Source of the DNA: Candidatus Falkowbacteria bacterium
GTDB taxonomy: Bacteria > Patescibacteriota > Patescibacteriia > Patescibacteriales > UBA12465
Length of the DNA stretch: 64,000 nucleotides
NCBI GenBank assembly: GCA_037134915.1
Contig: JBAXLJ010000002.1
Span: 64,935-128,934 of the forward strand
Direction: 5' to 3'
Positions 27,038 through 36,805 of this stretch are shown here, piece after piece. The stretch's first letter is position 1; each line of letters begins with the position of its first letter. The notes under the pieces were generated by a model. The model saw nothing but the letters and a program-made list of their open reading frames with translations, was not told the origin of the DNA and ran no database searches. The translations under genes and the position numbers were made by a program.

Positions 27038-28300
27038 ATGAAAAAACTAGAATTACTCGCGCCCGCGGGAAATATCTTAAAAATGAGGACCGCTTTGTCG
27101 TCGGGGGCTGACGCGGTCTATTTAGGTATCCCCGATTTTTCGCTAAGGGTACGTATTAATGACTTCACTTTAGAAAGTTTAGAAGAGGCGATTAAAGAGG
27201 TGCACGCTCAAAATAAGAAGGTTTATGTGACTTTAAATATTTTTGCACACAATCAGCACGTGGCTCTGTTACCGCCCTATATTAAAAAAATTAAAAGTTT
27301 CGGGCCGGATGGTCTAATTATTTCTGATCCGGGCGTGATGGCGACGGTTAAAAAGATTTGGCCGGAAGCAGAAATTCATTTATCAACTCAGGCTAATTGC
27401 ACTAACGCTGCTGCGGCTAAATTTTGGTATGACCAGGGAGTGACTCGGGTAGTTTTAGGTCGGGAAGTCACCTTAAACGAGATTAAGGAGATTCATCAAG
27501 TGGTTCCAAAATTAGAACTGGAGTATTTTGTTCACGGCGCGATGTGCATGGCCTATTCCGGACGCTGTTTTTTATCTAAAGAGCTAGTTGATCGTAGTGG
27601 TAATTTGGGTGACTGTGCTCAGCCGTGTCGTTGGGAGTATAGTATCAAGGCTAGAAATCATGAAGAGGAATTTGATTTAGTCGAAGAAAGTCACGGCACT
27701 TATTTGCTTAATTCCAAAGATCTTTGTTTACTTGAATATCTGCCGCAACTAATTGAGGCCGGAATTGTTTCTTTTAAAATCGAAGGCCGAGCTAAAAGTG
27801 TTTATTACCAGGCCGTGGTTTCTGGAATTTACGCCCGGGCTTTAGAATTATTAAAAACAAGACCAAGCGAGGCAGTTTGGAAAAAAGAATTAAAATATTT
27901 AAAAAGTGAACTGGCTAGCAAACTAGTCCATCGGGGTTACACTTCCGGATTTTTATTGGGCGGAAAAGCCGAACAAAATTTAACCAGTGCCAATCATCTA
28001 AGTGACTTCGAATTTTGTGGCCAAGTAATTAAAGCGGCCCCGGATTTTTTTAAGCCAGTTCTAAAAAATGGGGAATATGCCCTCTATTTCCAGGTTCATA
28101 ACACAATTAAGACCGGTGATCAGGTAGAAATAATTGGTCCAAAATATGCTATAATAAAAATAAGTCCGAAGAAAATATTCGATGCTCAAACCGGTGAAGC
28201 GTTGCTTGAAGCTCACGGTGGTGGCGGTAGCCGGACAGCCTTAATTATTGTTCGCGAAAAAATTGGAGTACTTAGTGTTCTAAGAAGAAAAATTATATGA
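27038..28300 (+). CDS. peptidase U32 family protein (collagenase-like / Fe-S RNA or quinone hydroxylase family)
   Basis: MKKLELLAPAGN..., signature EYFVHGAMCMAYSGRCFLS, CAQPCRW. An alternative ATG at 27026 adds 4 aa. Confidence 0.85.
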   Translation: MKKLELLAPAGNILKMRTALSSGADAVYLGIPDFSLRVRINDFTLESLEEAIKEVHAQNKKVYVTLNIFAHNQHVALLPPYIKKIKSFGPDGLIISDPGVMATVKKIWPEAEIHLSTQANCTNAAAAKFWYDQGVTRVVLGREVTLNEIKEIHQVVPKLELEYFVHGAMCMAYSGRCFLSKELVDRSGNLGDCAQPCRWEYSIKARNHEEEFDLVEESHGTYLLNSKDLCLLEYLPQLIEAGIVSFKIEGRAKSVYYQAVVSGIYARALELLKTRPSEAVWKKELKYLKSELASKLVHRGYTSGFLLGGKAEQNLTSANHLSDFEFCGQVIKAAPDFFKPVLKNGEYALYFQVHNTIKTGDQVEIIGPKYAIIKISPKKIFDAQTGEALLEAHGGGGSRTALIIVREKIGVLSVLRRKII

Positions 28301-28875
28301 TTGCTTACTTGAAAGGCACGGTTGTTGCTAAAACTAATAATTATATTATTTTGGAAACCGGCGGCGTCGGTTACCAAGTCTTTGCGGGTGAAAATTTTTT
28401 AGCAGAACTTAAATCCGGCGATGTTAAAGAATTATATCTTCACCATCGCGTGCGCGAAGAAGCGAGCGATTTGTATGGTTTTTCTAATTTGGAAGATTTA
28501 AATTTATTTGAATTATTATTATCAGTTTCTGGCGTTGGTCCTAAATCAGCTTTAGCAGTTTTGTCCTTGGCTAGTTCTGATGACATTAAAGAAGCCATTA
28601 TTAGAGGTGATGCCAGTTTGCTGACTAAAGTTTCGGGTATCGGTAAGAAAACAGCGGAGCGCTTAGTTCTAGAACTTAAGACTAAGATAACGAGAGTTTC
28701 AAGCGGCACTTCTTTAGTCGGTGGCGGCTTAAGTGGCGCCGGTGATGAACTCGACGCGCTTATGTCTTTAGGCTACGGCCTAAGTGAGGCCCGAGAGGCC
28801 CTAAATCAAGTCGAACCAGCAATTACCAGCGCTGGCGGACGAGTCAAGGCGGCCTTAAAATATTTAGCGCGCTAG
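28297..28875 (+). CDS. ruvA: Holliday junction DNA helicase subunit RuvA
   Basis: MIAYLKGTV......GGVGYQV, HhH motifs LLSVSGVGPKSALAVLS and LTKVSGIGKKTAERLVLELK. ATGA overlap with the U32 gene. Confidence 0.95.
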   Translation: MIAYLKGTVVAKTNNYIILETGGVGYQVFAGENFLAELKSGDVKELYLHHRVREEASDLYGFSNLEDLNLFELLLSVSGVGPKSALAVLSLASSDDIKEAIIRGDASLLTKVSGIGKKTAERLVLELKTKITRVSSGTSLVGGGLSGAGDELDALMSLGYGLSEAREALNQVEPAITSAGGRVKAALKYLAR

Positions 28876-28927
28876 CTTTACTTAGAAGTTTTTATAAGTT
28901 AAAATATACAAAAAATATAGAAAACAT

Positions 28928-30355
28928 ATGGCTAAAAACAATATTACTAAACAGAGTGAAAATTTTCCTGAGTGGTATCAGGACGTCGTTAAGGAAGCGG
29001 AACTGGCCGAAATGTCTGAGGTCCGTGGTTGTGGTATTGTTAGGCCCTATGGTTTAAAAATTTGGGAGCTGATTAAAGCCGAGTTTAACCGCGTCATTGA
29101 AGAAGATGGTGTTGAGAATGTTTATTTTCCAATTTTTGTACCGATGGAGAATTTAATGGCCGAAAAGGATCACGTCGAAGGTTTCTCTCCGGAGCTTGCG
29201 GTTGTCACTCATGCCGGCGGGGAAGAATTAGTTAATAAATTAGCGGTTCGTCCCACTAGTGAAGCGGCGATGTATAAGACTTATGCTCGTTGGATTCAGA
29301 GTTATAAAGATTTGCCAATGCGTCTTAATCAATGGGCTAATGTGGTTCGTTGGGAAAAACGGCCTCGAGCTTTTTTAAGATGGAGCGAATTCTTGTGGCA
29401 GGAAGGTCACACTGTGTTTGCTAATGAGGAGGAGGCTCGCACTGAAGTTGATAAAATTTTAGGCTTCTACTCAGATATTTATAAGTTTATGGCGCTGCCG
29501 GCTTTTACCGGTCGTAAATCCGAAAGTGAAAAATTTGCCGGCGCCGTCACAACTAAAACGGCCGAAGTGATGGCTAAAGATGGTAAGGCGATTCAGGGTG
29601 CTACTAGTCATTATTTGGGAACCAATTTTGCTGAAGTTTTTGATGTAAAATACTTAGGTGCCGATGGTGAAATGCATTTTGGCCACCAAAATAGCTGGGG
29701 TTTGTCTTGGCGGGCCGTTGGGGCCGTGATTATGGGGCATGGCGATGATAATGGCTTGCGCTTGCCACCAAATATTGCTCCGGTGCAAATTATCATCGTG
29801 CCCATATATAAAGATGATGAGGCTAAAGCCAAAGTCTTAAGCTACTGCCAAAATTTAAAAACTGATTTAGGTAAAACCTATCGCGTTAAAATAGATGAAA
29901 GAGATGGCTGCACCCCTGGTTTTAAATTTAATCATTGGGAGGTGCGTGGCGTTCCGGTCCGTTTTGAAATCGGACCAAAAGAAGTTGAAGAAGGCTTGGT
30001 CTCGATTTATCGCCGGGATACTGGTGAAAAAACTGGGGCTTCACTTTGTGAATTATCCCGTTTCATTGAAAAGTTAATGCTCGATATCCATCAGAACTTA
30101 TATGACCAAGCTTTAGAATTTGCCAAGAGTCATATCTATCGCATTGAAAATATTGATGAAATTGATGATCGCCAGGGTTGGTTTGAAGCCAGCTGGAGTG
30201 AAGACGCGGCGAGTGAAAAACTGCTTAAAGAAAAATATCAAATGGTCTCTCGCGTTTTGCCAAAAGACCATGAAGATAAGGCCCCAAAAAATAAAAAATG
30301 TTTTATTACTGGTAAAGAAGCCAAACATGACTGGTATTTTGCCAAAAGTTATTAA
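28928..30355 (+). CDS. proS: proline--tRNA ligase, archaeal/eukaryotic type
   Basis: FPEWYQDVV...AEMSEVRGCGIVRPYG, no INS editing insertion, and a C-terminal extension ending in Tyr (...WYFAKSY). Confidence 0.9.
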   Translation: MAKNNITKQSENFPEWYQDVVKEAELAEMSEVRGCGIVRPYGLKIWELIKAEFNRVIEEDGVENVYFPIFVPMENLMAEKDHVEGFSPELAVVTHAGGEELVNKLAVRPTSEAAMYKTYARWIQSYKDLPMRLNQWANVVRWEKRPRAFLRWSEFLWQEGHTVFANEEEARTEVDKILGFYSDIYKFMALPAFTGRKSESEKFAGAVTTKTAEVMAKDGKAIQGATSHYLGTNFAEVFDVKYLGADGEMHFGHQNSWGLSWRAVGAVIMGHGDDNGLRLPPNIAPVQIIIVPIYKDDEAKAKVLSYCQNLKTDLGKTYRVKIDERDGCTPGFKFNHWEVRGVPVRFEIGPKEVEEGLVSIYRRDTGEKTGASLCELSRFIEKLMLDIHQNLYDQALEFAKSHIYRIENIDEIDDRQGWFEASWSEDAASEKLLKEKYQMVSRVLPKDHEDKAPKNKKCFITGKEAKHDWYFAKSY

Positions 30356-30370
30356 TTAATTATACAAAAT

Positions 30371-31414
30371 ATGTTTGCCAAACTTTTAGGAAGATTCAGC
30401 CATGACTTAGGTATAGACCTTGGCACTAAAAATACTCTAGTTTATGTGACCGATAAGGGCATCGTGGTTAACGAGCCGTCGGTCGTGGCCATTAATAAAC
30501 GGACCAACGAAATTTTAGAAGTCGGGGAAGCGGCTAATCGCATGGTCGGCAAAACCCCGGGGCACATCGAAGCAATTAAGCCTTTAGTTGATGGGGTTAT
30601 TTCTGATTTTGAAGTGACTGAAAAAATGCTTAAATATTTTATTACTAAAGTTCATCAAGAAAATTTTGTTTTAATTCCTCGTCCGCGAGTGGTAATTGGC
30701 ATTCCTTTGGATCTAACGGAAGTTGAAAGAAAAGCGGTAGAAGATGCTGCTCGTTCAGCGGGCGCTCGTAAAGTTTATCTTATTGAAGAGGCGATGGCGG
30801 CGGCTATCGGCGCTCATTTGCCAGTCACCGATGCTACGGCTACGATGGTGGTGGATATTGGTGGTGGAACCACGGAAATTGCGGTTATCTCTTTGGGCGG
30901 AGTCGTAACCTGGAAGTCTTTGCGCTTAGCCGGTAATGAATTTGATAATAATATCATTGAGTATATTCGTGAGGAATTTAATATTTTAATTGGCGAGCAG
31001 ATCGCTGAAAGTATTAAAATAAAAATTGGTTCGGCGATGCCACTAGATGAGCCGAAGGAAATGGAAGTTCGTGGCCGTGATTTAATCACCGGTTTACCTA
31101 AGGCTATTATGATTAATGATATTCAGATTCGTGATGCCATTAATCGAACCATCGCTAAAATCGTGGAAAATATTAAAACTATTTTAGAAACAACCCCGCC
31201 GGAATTGGTTTCTGATATTTATGAGCGAGGTATAATTTTGTCTGGCGGTGGCGCTCTGCTACGCGGACTTGATAAAGCTATTTCTTTAGCTTCAAAAATA
31301 CCAGTGAAAATCGCCGAGGATCCACTTACCTGTGTAGTTCGAGGAACCGGTTATTTATTGGGCAACAAAGAACTTTTAGAGAAAGTGGTTTTACCTAGTT
31401 CCAGTGGTAAGTAA
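30371..31414 (+). CDS. mreB: rod shape-determining actin homologue MreB
   Basis: DLGIDLGTKNTLVY, EPSVVA, VVDIGGGTTEIAVISLGG, ILSGGGALLRGLD. Confidence 0.95.
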   Translation: MFAKLLGRFSHDLGIDLGTKNTLVYVTDKGIVVNEPSVVAINKRTNEILEVGEAANRMVGKTPGHIEAIKPLVDGVISDFEVTEKMLKYFITKVHQENFVLIPRPRVVIGIPLDLTEVERKAVEDAARSAGARKVYLIEEAMAAAIGAHLPVTDATATMVVDIGGGTTEIAVISLGGVVTWKSLRLAGNEFDNNIIEYIREEFNILIGEQIAESIKIKIGSAMPLDEPKEMEVRGRDLITGLPKAIMINDIQIRDAINRTIAKIVENIKTILETTPPELVSDIYERGIILSGGGALLRGLDKAISLASKIPVKIAEDPLTCVVRGTGYLLGNKELLEKVVLPSSSGK

Positions 31415-31429
31415 ACTAAATTAAGTCAG

Positions 31430-32242
31430 ATGGCTTTTTACAGTAAAAAAAATAAAAATTGGATTTGGGCCCTAGCTTTTAGTTTGGTTATATTTTTGCA
31501 CTTTACCAAAATACTAGCTCCTTTAGAAAATTTAGCCATCTTCTCAGCTAAGCCACTGGCAGGTTTTTTGTATGGTTCTGGATCAGGAATTAGAAAATCT
31601 TATGAGGCTAGCCAACAGCAGAAGGATGTTTTTTCTAAAGTAAGTAGTTTAGAACAAGAAGTCGCGCGGCTGACAGTCGAGAATGCTCAGTTTAAAGAAG
31701 TAGCGCAAGACAATCTCAAGTTAAGATCTCAGCTATCTTTTTTGTCGGCCAATAAATATAAGAATATTTTAGCTAATGTCATTTCTCAAAATTTAGTTTT
31801 TGACATTAAAGAAGGTGACCAGGATATTGTCATTGATAAAGGCTCAAAGGACGGCATTAAGGAGGATCTGGGAGTTATTAATGAAAACGGGGTTATTATC
31901 GGTAAGGTTTCCGAGGTTCGTGATAATATTTCCAAGATCTGTCTGACGACTAATAGCAATTGTAAATTTGCGGCGACCATTCAAAACAATGATCGAACTA
32001 TGGGGATAACTGAAGGCGATTTAGGTCTGACTATTAAAATGAATTACATCCCCCAATCAGAAAAAATAAATTTAAATGACACCGTTATTACCTCTGGTTT
32101 AGGCGGCAATATTGCTCGGGGTTTGGTTATTGGAAAAGTTAGCCAGATTAATAATAAGAGTAATGAGATTTGGCAGGATGTAAATATTGAGCCCTTGTTT
32201 GATTTAAACACTTTAACTATCGTGACTGTTCTAACTCCCTAA
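31430..32242 (+). CDS. mreC: rod shape-determining protein MreC
   Basis: N-terminal TM helix, coiled coil (LEQEVARLTVENAQFKE), beta-rich domain with VINENGVIIGKVSEV / VITSGLGG. Position directly after mreB. Confidence 0.8.
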   Translation: MAFYSKKNKNWIWALAFSLVIFLHFTKILAPLENLAIFSAKPLAGFLYGSGSGIRKSYEASQQQKDVFSKVSSLEQEVARLTVENAQFKEVAQDNLKLRSQLSFLSANKYKNILANVISQNLVFDIKEGDQDIVIDKGSKDGIKEDLGVINENGVIIGKVSEVRDNISKICLTTNSNCKFAATIQNNDRTMGITEGDLGLTIKMNYIPQSEKINLNDTVITSGLGGNIARGLVIGKVSQINNKSNEIWQDVNIEPLFDLNTLTIVTVLTP

Positions 32243-32244
32243 GT

Positions 32245-32790
32245 ATGTCGCACTTAAAATATTATTTTGAGTGGTTTTTTTATTCTTTATTCTTTTCTGG
32301 GGTAGCGATTATTCAAGCTGCTTTTATTTCGGCATTGCCACCGGTTTATGCCGCCATTAATTTACCTTTAACCTGTCTGCTTTTCAGTCTCCTAGTTTTT
32401 AATAAAGAAAAGACTTTAGTTTTTGCCATTCTGATTGGTTTTTGGCTCGACATCTTGAACTTTAATTTTTTTGGTTTAAATATTTTAATTTTTTTAGCCA
32501 CCTTTTTTATTATTGATTTTTTATTAAATAACTGGCTGACCAATCGTTCGCTGTATTCTTTTCTGGTCTTATCATCACTAAGTGTCGTCATTTACAATAT
32601 TTTACTTTACTTATTTTTGGCTATTAGTCATAGCGGACAAGCAGGTTTTAGTTTCTTTCTGTTTCAGTCGAGTTTTTGGATACAGTTGGGTTGGCAGATA
32701 ATTTGGGGCGGTATTTTTATGCTTTTATTCTTTAATGTCGCTAATTTTTTATCCCGTCGCTTGAAACCGTTCTTTTTGGAAAATAAATAA
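32245..32790 (+). CDS. mreD: MreD-like polytopic membrane protein
   Basis: 181 aa, five or so hydrophobic segments. The call rests mainly on its position immediately after mreC. Confidence 0.55.
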   Translation: MSHLKYYFEWFFYSLFFSGVAIIQAAFISALPPVYAAINLPLTCLLFSLLVFNKEKTLVFAILIGFWLDILNFNFFGLNILIFLATFFIIDFLLNNWLTNRSLYSFLVLSSLSVVIYNILLYLFLAISHSGQAGFSFFLFQSSFWIQLGWQIIWGGIFMLLFFNVANFLSRRLKPFFLENK

Positions 32791-32814
32791 GAATTATGTT
32801 AAGATGATAACCAT

Positions 32815-33801
32815 ATGAAATATGATTTTATAACTATTGGCGGCGCGACTCGAGACATTGCTTTCTTTACGGAAGAATATCTTTTGATCGATAATAAGCG
32901 TGATCCGCTACGTCAAAAATTAGTGGCCTTTGAATACGGCGCGAAGATTAGAATTGATAAATTCATTAATTTGTTCGGCGGCGGCGCGACTAATGCCGCT
33001 GTCAATTTAAAAGGTTTAGGTTTTAAAACTTCAGCTTTAGTTGAGATTGGTGATGATGAAAATGGCCGGGCGATTTTAAAAAATATCAAGGACCACGGCG
33101 TTACGGCTGATTTGATAAATGTTAATAAAAAAGCCGATTCCGGGTCTTCATTTATTTTGATCACTAAAAGTGGAGAACGGGTTATTTTTACTACCCGAGG
33201 CGTTAATGATTATCTGACTCTAACTAAAAATCGCCTCCAGGCTCTAAAAAAGGCTCACAATATTTATATTACTTCTTTAACTGGAACTTGGCTTAAGGAT
33301 TTGCGCCAAATATTTGCCAGTGGCCATAATAAAATTTTTTGGAATCCGGGATCCAAGCAGTATAATAGCGGGGTTAAAGTTCTATCACCTTTTTTTAAGA
33401 AAACTTACTGTTTGATGCTTAATCGCGACGAAGCGCTTGCTTTAATTTTAAGTGATCCCTTAAATTCTAAGCGGCCGCGAGTTTTTCTGGATAATATCAA
33501 AAATCTATTAATTATCATTAAATCATACGGACCGAAAATTGTTGTCATTACTGACGGCGAAGCGGGGGCCGATTTTTATGATGGCGTAAATTTTCATCAC
33601 CAAAAAGTAATTAAAGAAAAAAAACATTTAGATACAACTGGTATTGGTGATGTCTTTAATTCTACTTTTGCGGCCGGTTTGATTATGTACCAGGGTGATA
33701 TTGCTAAGGCGGCGCTTATGGCTAGTCATAATGCGGCTCATAAAATCAGTTATTTAGGCGCTCAGAATGGACTTTTAACTAAAAAAGAATTAATGAAATA
33801 A
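32815..33801 (+). CDS. PfkB-family carbohydrate kinase
   Basis: GGGATNAAVNLKGLGF (N-terminal PfkB signature) and DTTGIGDVFNSTFAAG (C-terminal signature). Confidence 0.85.
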   Translation: MKYDFITIGGATRDIAFFTEEYLLIDNKRDPLRQKLVAFEYGAKIRIDKFINLFGGGATNAAVNLKGLGFKTSALVEIGDDENGRAILKNIKDHGVTADLINVNKKADSGSSFILITKSGERVIFTTRGVNDYLTLTKNRLQALKKAHNIYITSLTGTWLKDLRQIFASGHNKIFWNPGSKQYNSGVKVLSPFFKKTYCLMLNRDEALALILSDPLNSKRPRVFLDNIKNLLIIIKSYGPKIVVITDGEAGADFYDGVNFHHQKVIKEKKHLDTTGIGDVFNSTFAAGLIMYQGDIAKAALMASHNAAHKISYLGAQNGLLTKKELMK

Positions 33802-33805
33802 GTTT

Positions 33806-34258
33806 ATGATAAATGGCGTTGTTGTTAAAGAATTAAAAAAATATGAAGATGATCGTGGTTATTTGATGGAACTTTATCGCCGTGATGAAGTTGACTCAGG
33901 CGTGGCGATGTCATACTTAAGTTTAACCTTACCCGGCGTGGCTCGCGGACCCCATGAACATGTTTATCAAACTGATTATTTTATATTCCCAGGAGCGGGT
34001 GACTTTACTCTATATTTGTGGGACAGAAGGGAAGACTCAAGTACCAAAGGTGAAAAATTGGAAATGACTGTCGGTGCCTCACACCCTTGTACGGTCATCG
34101 TGCCCCCTGGCGTAGTCCACGGTTATAAATGCATCTCCGAGGTGCCAGCGTTATCGATAAATTTTCCTGATAAATTGTATAAAGGGGTAGCTAAATCTGA
34201 AGAAGTTGATGAAATCCGTTGGGAAAAAGATGAAAATTCACCTTATAAAATAGTTTAA
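33806..34258 (+). CDS. dTDP-4-dehydrorhamnose 3,5-epimerase-like cupin (short RmlC family)
   Basis: YEDDRGYLMEL, GVARGPHEH, PPGVVHGY. 150 aa, adjacent to rfbB. Confidence 0.7.
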   Translation: MINGVVVKELKKYEDDRGYLMELYRRDEVDSGVAMSYLSLTLPGVARGPHEHVYQTDYFIFPGAGDFTLYLWDRREDSSTKGEKLEMTVGASHPCTVIVPPGVVHGYKCISEVPALSINFPDKLYKGVAKSEEVDEIRWEKDENSPYKIV

Positions 34259-34259
34259 T

Positions 34260-35231
34260 ATGAAATTACTTGTCACTGGCGGCGCCGGCTTTATTGGCTC
34301 CAACTTCATTCATTATTGGCTCGCTAAATATCCGACTGATCAAGTTATCAATCTGGATCTTTTAACTTATGCCGGTAATTTAGATAATTTAAAAGATCTT
34401 GAGGGGCAGCCTAATTATCAATTTGTTAAAGGTGACATCTGTGACGCACTTCTGGTTAATGAACTAGTTAAAGAAGTTGATATTATTGTACACTTTGCGG
34501 CCGAGAGTCATGTGGATCGTTCAATTTTAAATAGTGCCGATTTTATTAGGACTAATGTCGAAGGTACTCGCGTCTTACTTGAGGCTGCTAAAAATAATGG
34601 TAATAAACGTTTTCATCATATTTCGACTGATGAGGTGTTTGGCGCCTTATCTTTTGATGCCCCCAATTTTAATGAACAGACGCCCTATGATCCTCGCTCG
34701 CCTTACAGTGCTTCTAAAGCCGCTTCTGATCATTTAGTCCGAGCTTATTACCACACCCACGGTTTACCGATCACCATTTCCAATTGCTCTAATAATTACG
34801 GCCCCTATCAATATCCAGAAAAGCTTATTCCACTTTTTATCACTAATTTGCTTGAGGGTAAAAAAGTTGGTGTTTATGGTCAGGGGCAAAATATCAGAGA
34901 CTGGATTCACGTTGACGATCATAATCGAGGAGTCGATTTAATCATAAACAAAGGGAAAATCGGCGAAACTTATTGTTTGGGCGGAAATAGTGAATCTAGC
35001 AATTTACAAATCACCCATAATATACTAAGTTTAATGGGTAAAGGCGAAGAAATGATTGAATATGTTAAAGATCGCCTGGGGCATGATTTGCGTTACGCGA
35101 TCGATTATTCTAAAGCCGCTAAAGAATTAGGTTTTTCACCTCAAGTTTCTTTAGAATCCGGCTTGCTAGCAACTATCAATTGGTATAAAAATAATTATTC
35201 TTGGTGGGAGAAAATAAAAAATAAAAAATAA
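34260..35231 (+). CDS. rfbB: dTDP-glucose 4,6-dehydratase
   Basis: LVTGGAGFIGSNF, HFAAESHVDRS, HISTDEVFG, YSASKAASDHLVRAY (YxxxK). Confidence 0.9.
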   Translation: MKLLVTGGAGFIGSNFIHYWLAKYPTDQVINLDLLTYAGNLDNLKDLEGQPNYQFVKGDICDALLVNELVKEVDIIVHFAAESHVDRSILNSADFIRTNVEGTRVLLEAAKNNGNKRFHHISTDEVFGALSFDAPNFNEQTPYDPRSPYSASKAASDHLVRAYYHTHGLPITISNCSNNYGPYQYPEKLIPLFITNLLEGKKVGVYGQGQNIRDWIHVDDHNRGVDLIINKGKIGETYCLGGNSESSNLQITHNILSLMGKGEEMIEYVKDRLGHDLRYAIDYSKAAKELGFSPQVSLESGLLATINWYKNNYSWWEKIKNKK

Positions 35232-35232
35232 T

Positions 35233-35679
35233 ATGGACAAAAAAATTTTTATCATCGAAGACGATGCTAACATCCTTTATAGCTTGGAAGCTAACTTCAG
35301 TGCCGAAGGTCTAGATACGCAAACGAGTGAAGGAGAAGAAGAGCTTGATGAGCTGATGGAGAACATTCGTGACTTCGAACCGGATTATTTAATCTTGGAT
35401 GTAATTTTGCCCAAGTTAGATGGTTTTGAAATTATAAAAAAGGTAAAAGAAGATGATGAATTATCGGATTTACCAATTTTTGTTTTCTCGGATATTTCCG
35501 ATGAAGATAGTCGTAGCCGTAGTTTAGAAATTGGGGCTGATTATTTCTTTCCTAAAGATGAATTCGATACTTACGAGTTTACCGAAAAAGTGAAAAAAAT
35601 TATGGCCAACCAAGAACGTTTAGACGAGGATACGGATAAAGGTTGGGAACAAGACGAGGATAGTTCTTTGGTTGACTAA
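35233..35679 (+). CDS. stand-alone response-regulator receiver domain with acidic tail
   Basis: By my count the REC signatures are DD (10-11), phospho-acceptor D56 in YLILDVILP, S86 and K108. No output domain. Confidence 0.8.
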   Translation: MDKKIFIIEDDANILYSLEANFSAEGLDTQTSEGEEELDELMENIRDFEPDYLILDVILPKLDGFEIIKKVKEDDELSDLPIFVFSDISDEDSRSRSLEIGADYFFPKDEFDTYEFTEKVKKIMANQERLDEDTDKGWEQDEDSSLVD

Positions 35680-35773
35680 AATTGCCTAAGTCGCTAAGAT
35701 AGAGAATGCTTTTGATAGCTTTTTGCTGTGACAGAAAATGATTTTTAGGTAATTTATCACAATTTTTAATACT

Positions 35774-36781
35774 ATGTTTATAAAAAGAATCGGAATTGAT
35801 TTAGGCACCACCTACACCTTGGTTTATTTGCCAAAGCGCGGGATTGTCATCAATGAACCGTCAGTCGTTGCTATCTCAATTGATGATAATAAAATTTTAG
35901 CCGTTGGTAATGAGGCTAAAGATATGTTAGGTCGAACACCTGACACTATTCGGGCTGTTAGACCGCTCAAAGATGGCGTAATCGCCGACTATCGGACGAC
36001 TGAAGCCATGATTCGGTATTTTATCAATAAAACTTTAGGCGGTATTCGTTTTTTTAGACCAGAGGTGATGGTTGCGGTTCCGGCCGGTATTTCGTCAACC
36101 GAAAGACGGGCGGTTATTGAAGCGACTATCTCGGCTGGCGCTAAAGCTGCTTACATCATTAAAGAGCCAGTGGCGGCGGCTATTGGCGCTGATATCCCTA
36201 TTGGTTCCGCAACTGGGCATATGGTTATTGATATCGGTGGTGGTACCGCGGAAATGGCCGTTATTTCCTTGGGCGGGATTGTATCGTCAACTTCAGTTCG
36301 AGTGGGTGGCAATAAATTTGATGCCGCTATTTTAGAATTTGTCCGCAAGAAATATAATTTAGCCATTGGCGAAAGGACGGCTGAAGAAATAAAAATTAAT
36401 ATTGGTTCGGCGCTGTTTATGGAAGATAAACTTTATATGGAAATTCGCGGCCGCGATATTGTCACCGGTTTACCACGGAGCATTACCGTTTCTTCTGACG
36501 ATGTGACCGAAGCGATCCAAAATGAACTAGAAGCTATTATGGTAGCCGCTAAAAGAGTGCTGTATACGACACCGCCAGAGTTAGCAGCTGATATCATGGA
36601 TAAGGGCATCGTTTTAACTGGCGGCAGCTCTTTGCTTCGCAATATTGATCAACTAATATCCCGGACCACCGGTGTTCCCGCTTACGTCGCTGATGATGCT
36701 TTACTTTGTGTGGCTAAAGGAACCGGAATTGCCTTGGATAATCTAGATTCTTATAAACGCAGTATCTTGGCTACAAAATAA
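35774..36781 (+). CDS. mreB: second MreB/Mbl paralogue
   Basis: IGIDLGTTYTLVY, EPSVVA, VIDIGGGTAEMAVISLGG, VLTGGSSLLRNID. Full-length actin-like fold markers. Confidence 0.9.
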   Translation: MFIKRIGIDLGTTYTLVYLPKRGIVINEPSVVAISIDDNKILAVGNEAKDMLGRTPDTIRAVRPLKDGVIADYRTTEAMIRYFINKTLGGIRFFRPEVMVAVPAGISSTERRAVIEATISAGAKAAYIIKEPVAAAIGADIPIGSATGHMVIDIGGGTAEMAVISLGGIVSSTSVRVGGNKFDAAILEFVRKKYNLAIGERTAEEIKINIGSALFMEDKLYMEIRGRDIVTGLPRSITVSSDDVTEAIQNELEAIMVAAKRVLYTTPPELAADIMDKGIVLTGGSSLLRNIDQLISRTTGVPAYVADDALLCVAKGTGIALDNLDSYKRSILATK

Positions 36782-36805
36782 TCTTTATTTTGGTTATTTT
36801 ATTAT

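Noticed and set aside
30113-30359. Two overlapping alternative-frame ORFs (71 and 79 aa) at the 3' end of proS.
   Set aside because: The proS frame is conserved to its hallmark C-terminal Tyr. The alternative frames give K/R-rich low-complexity products.
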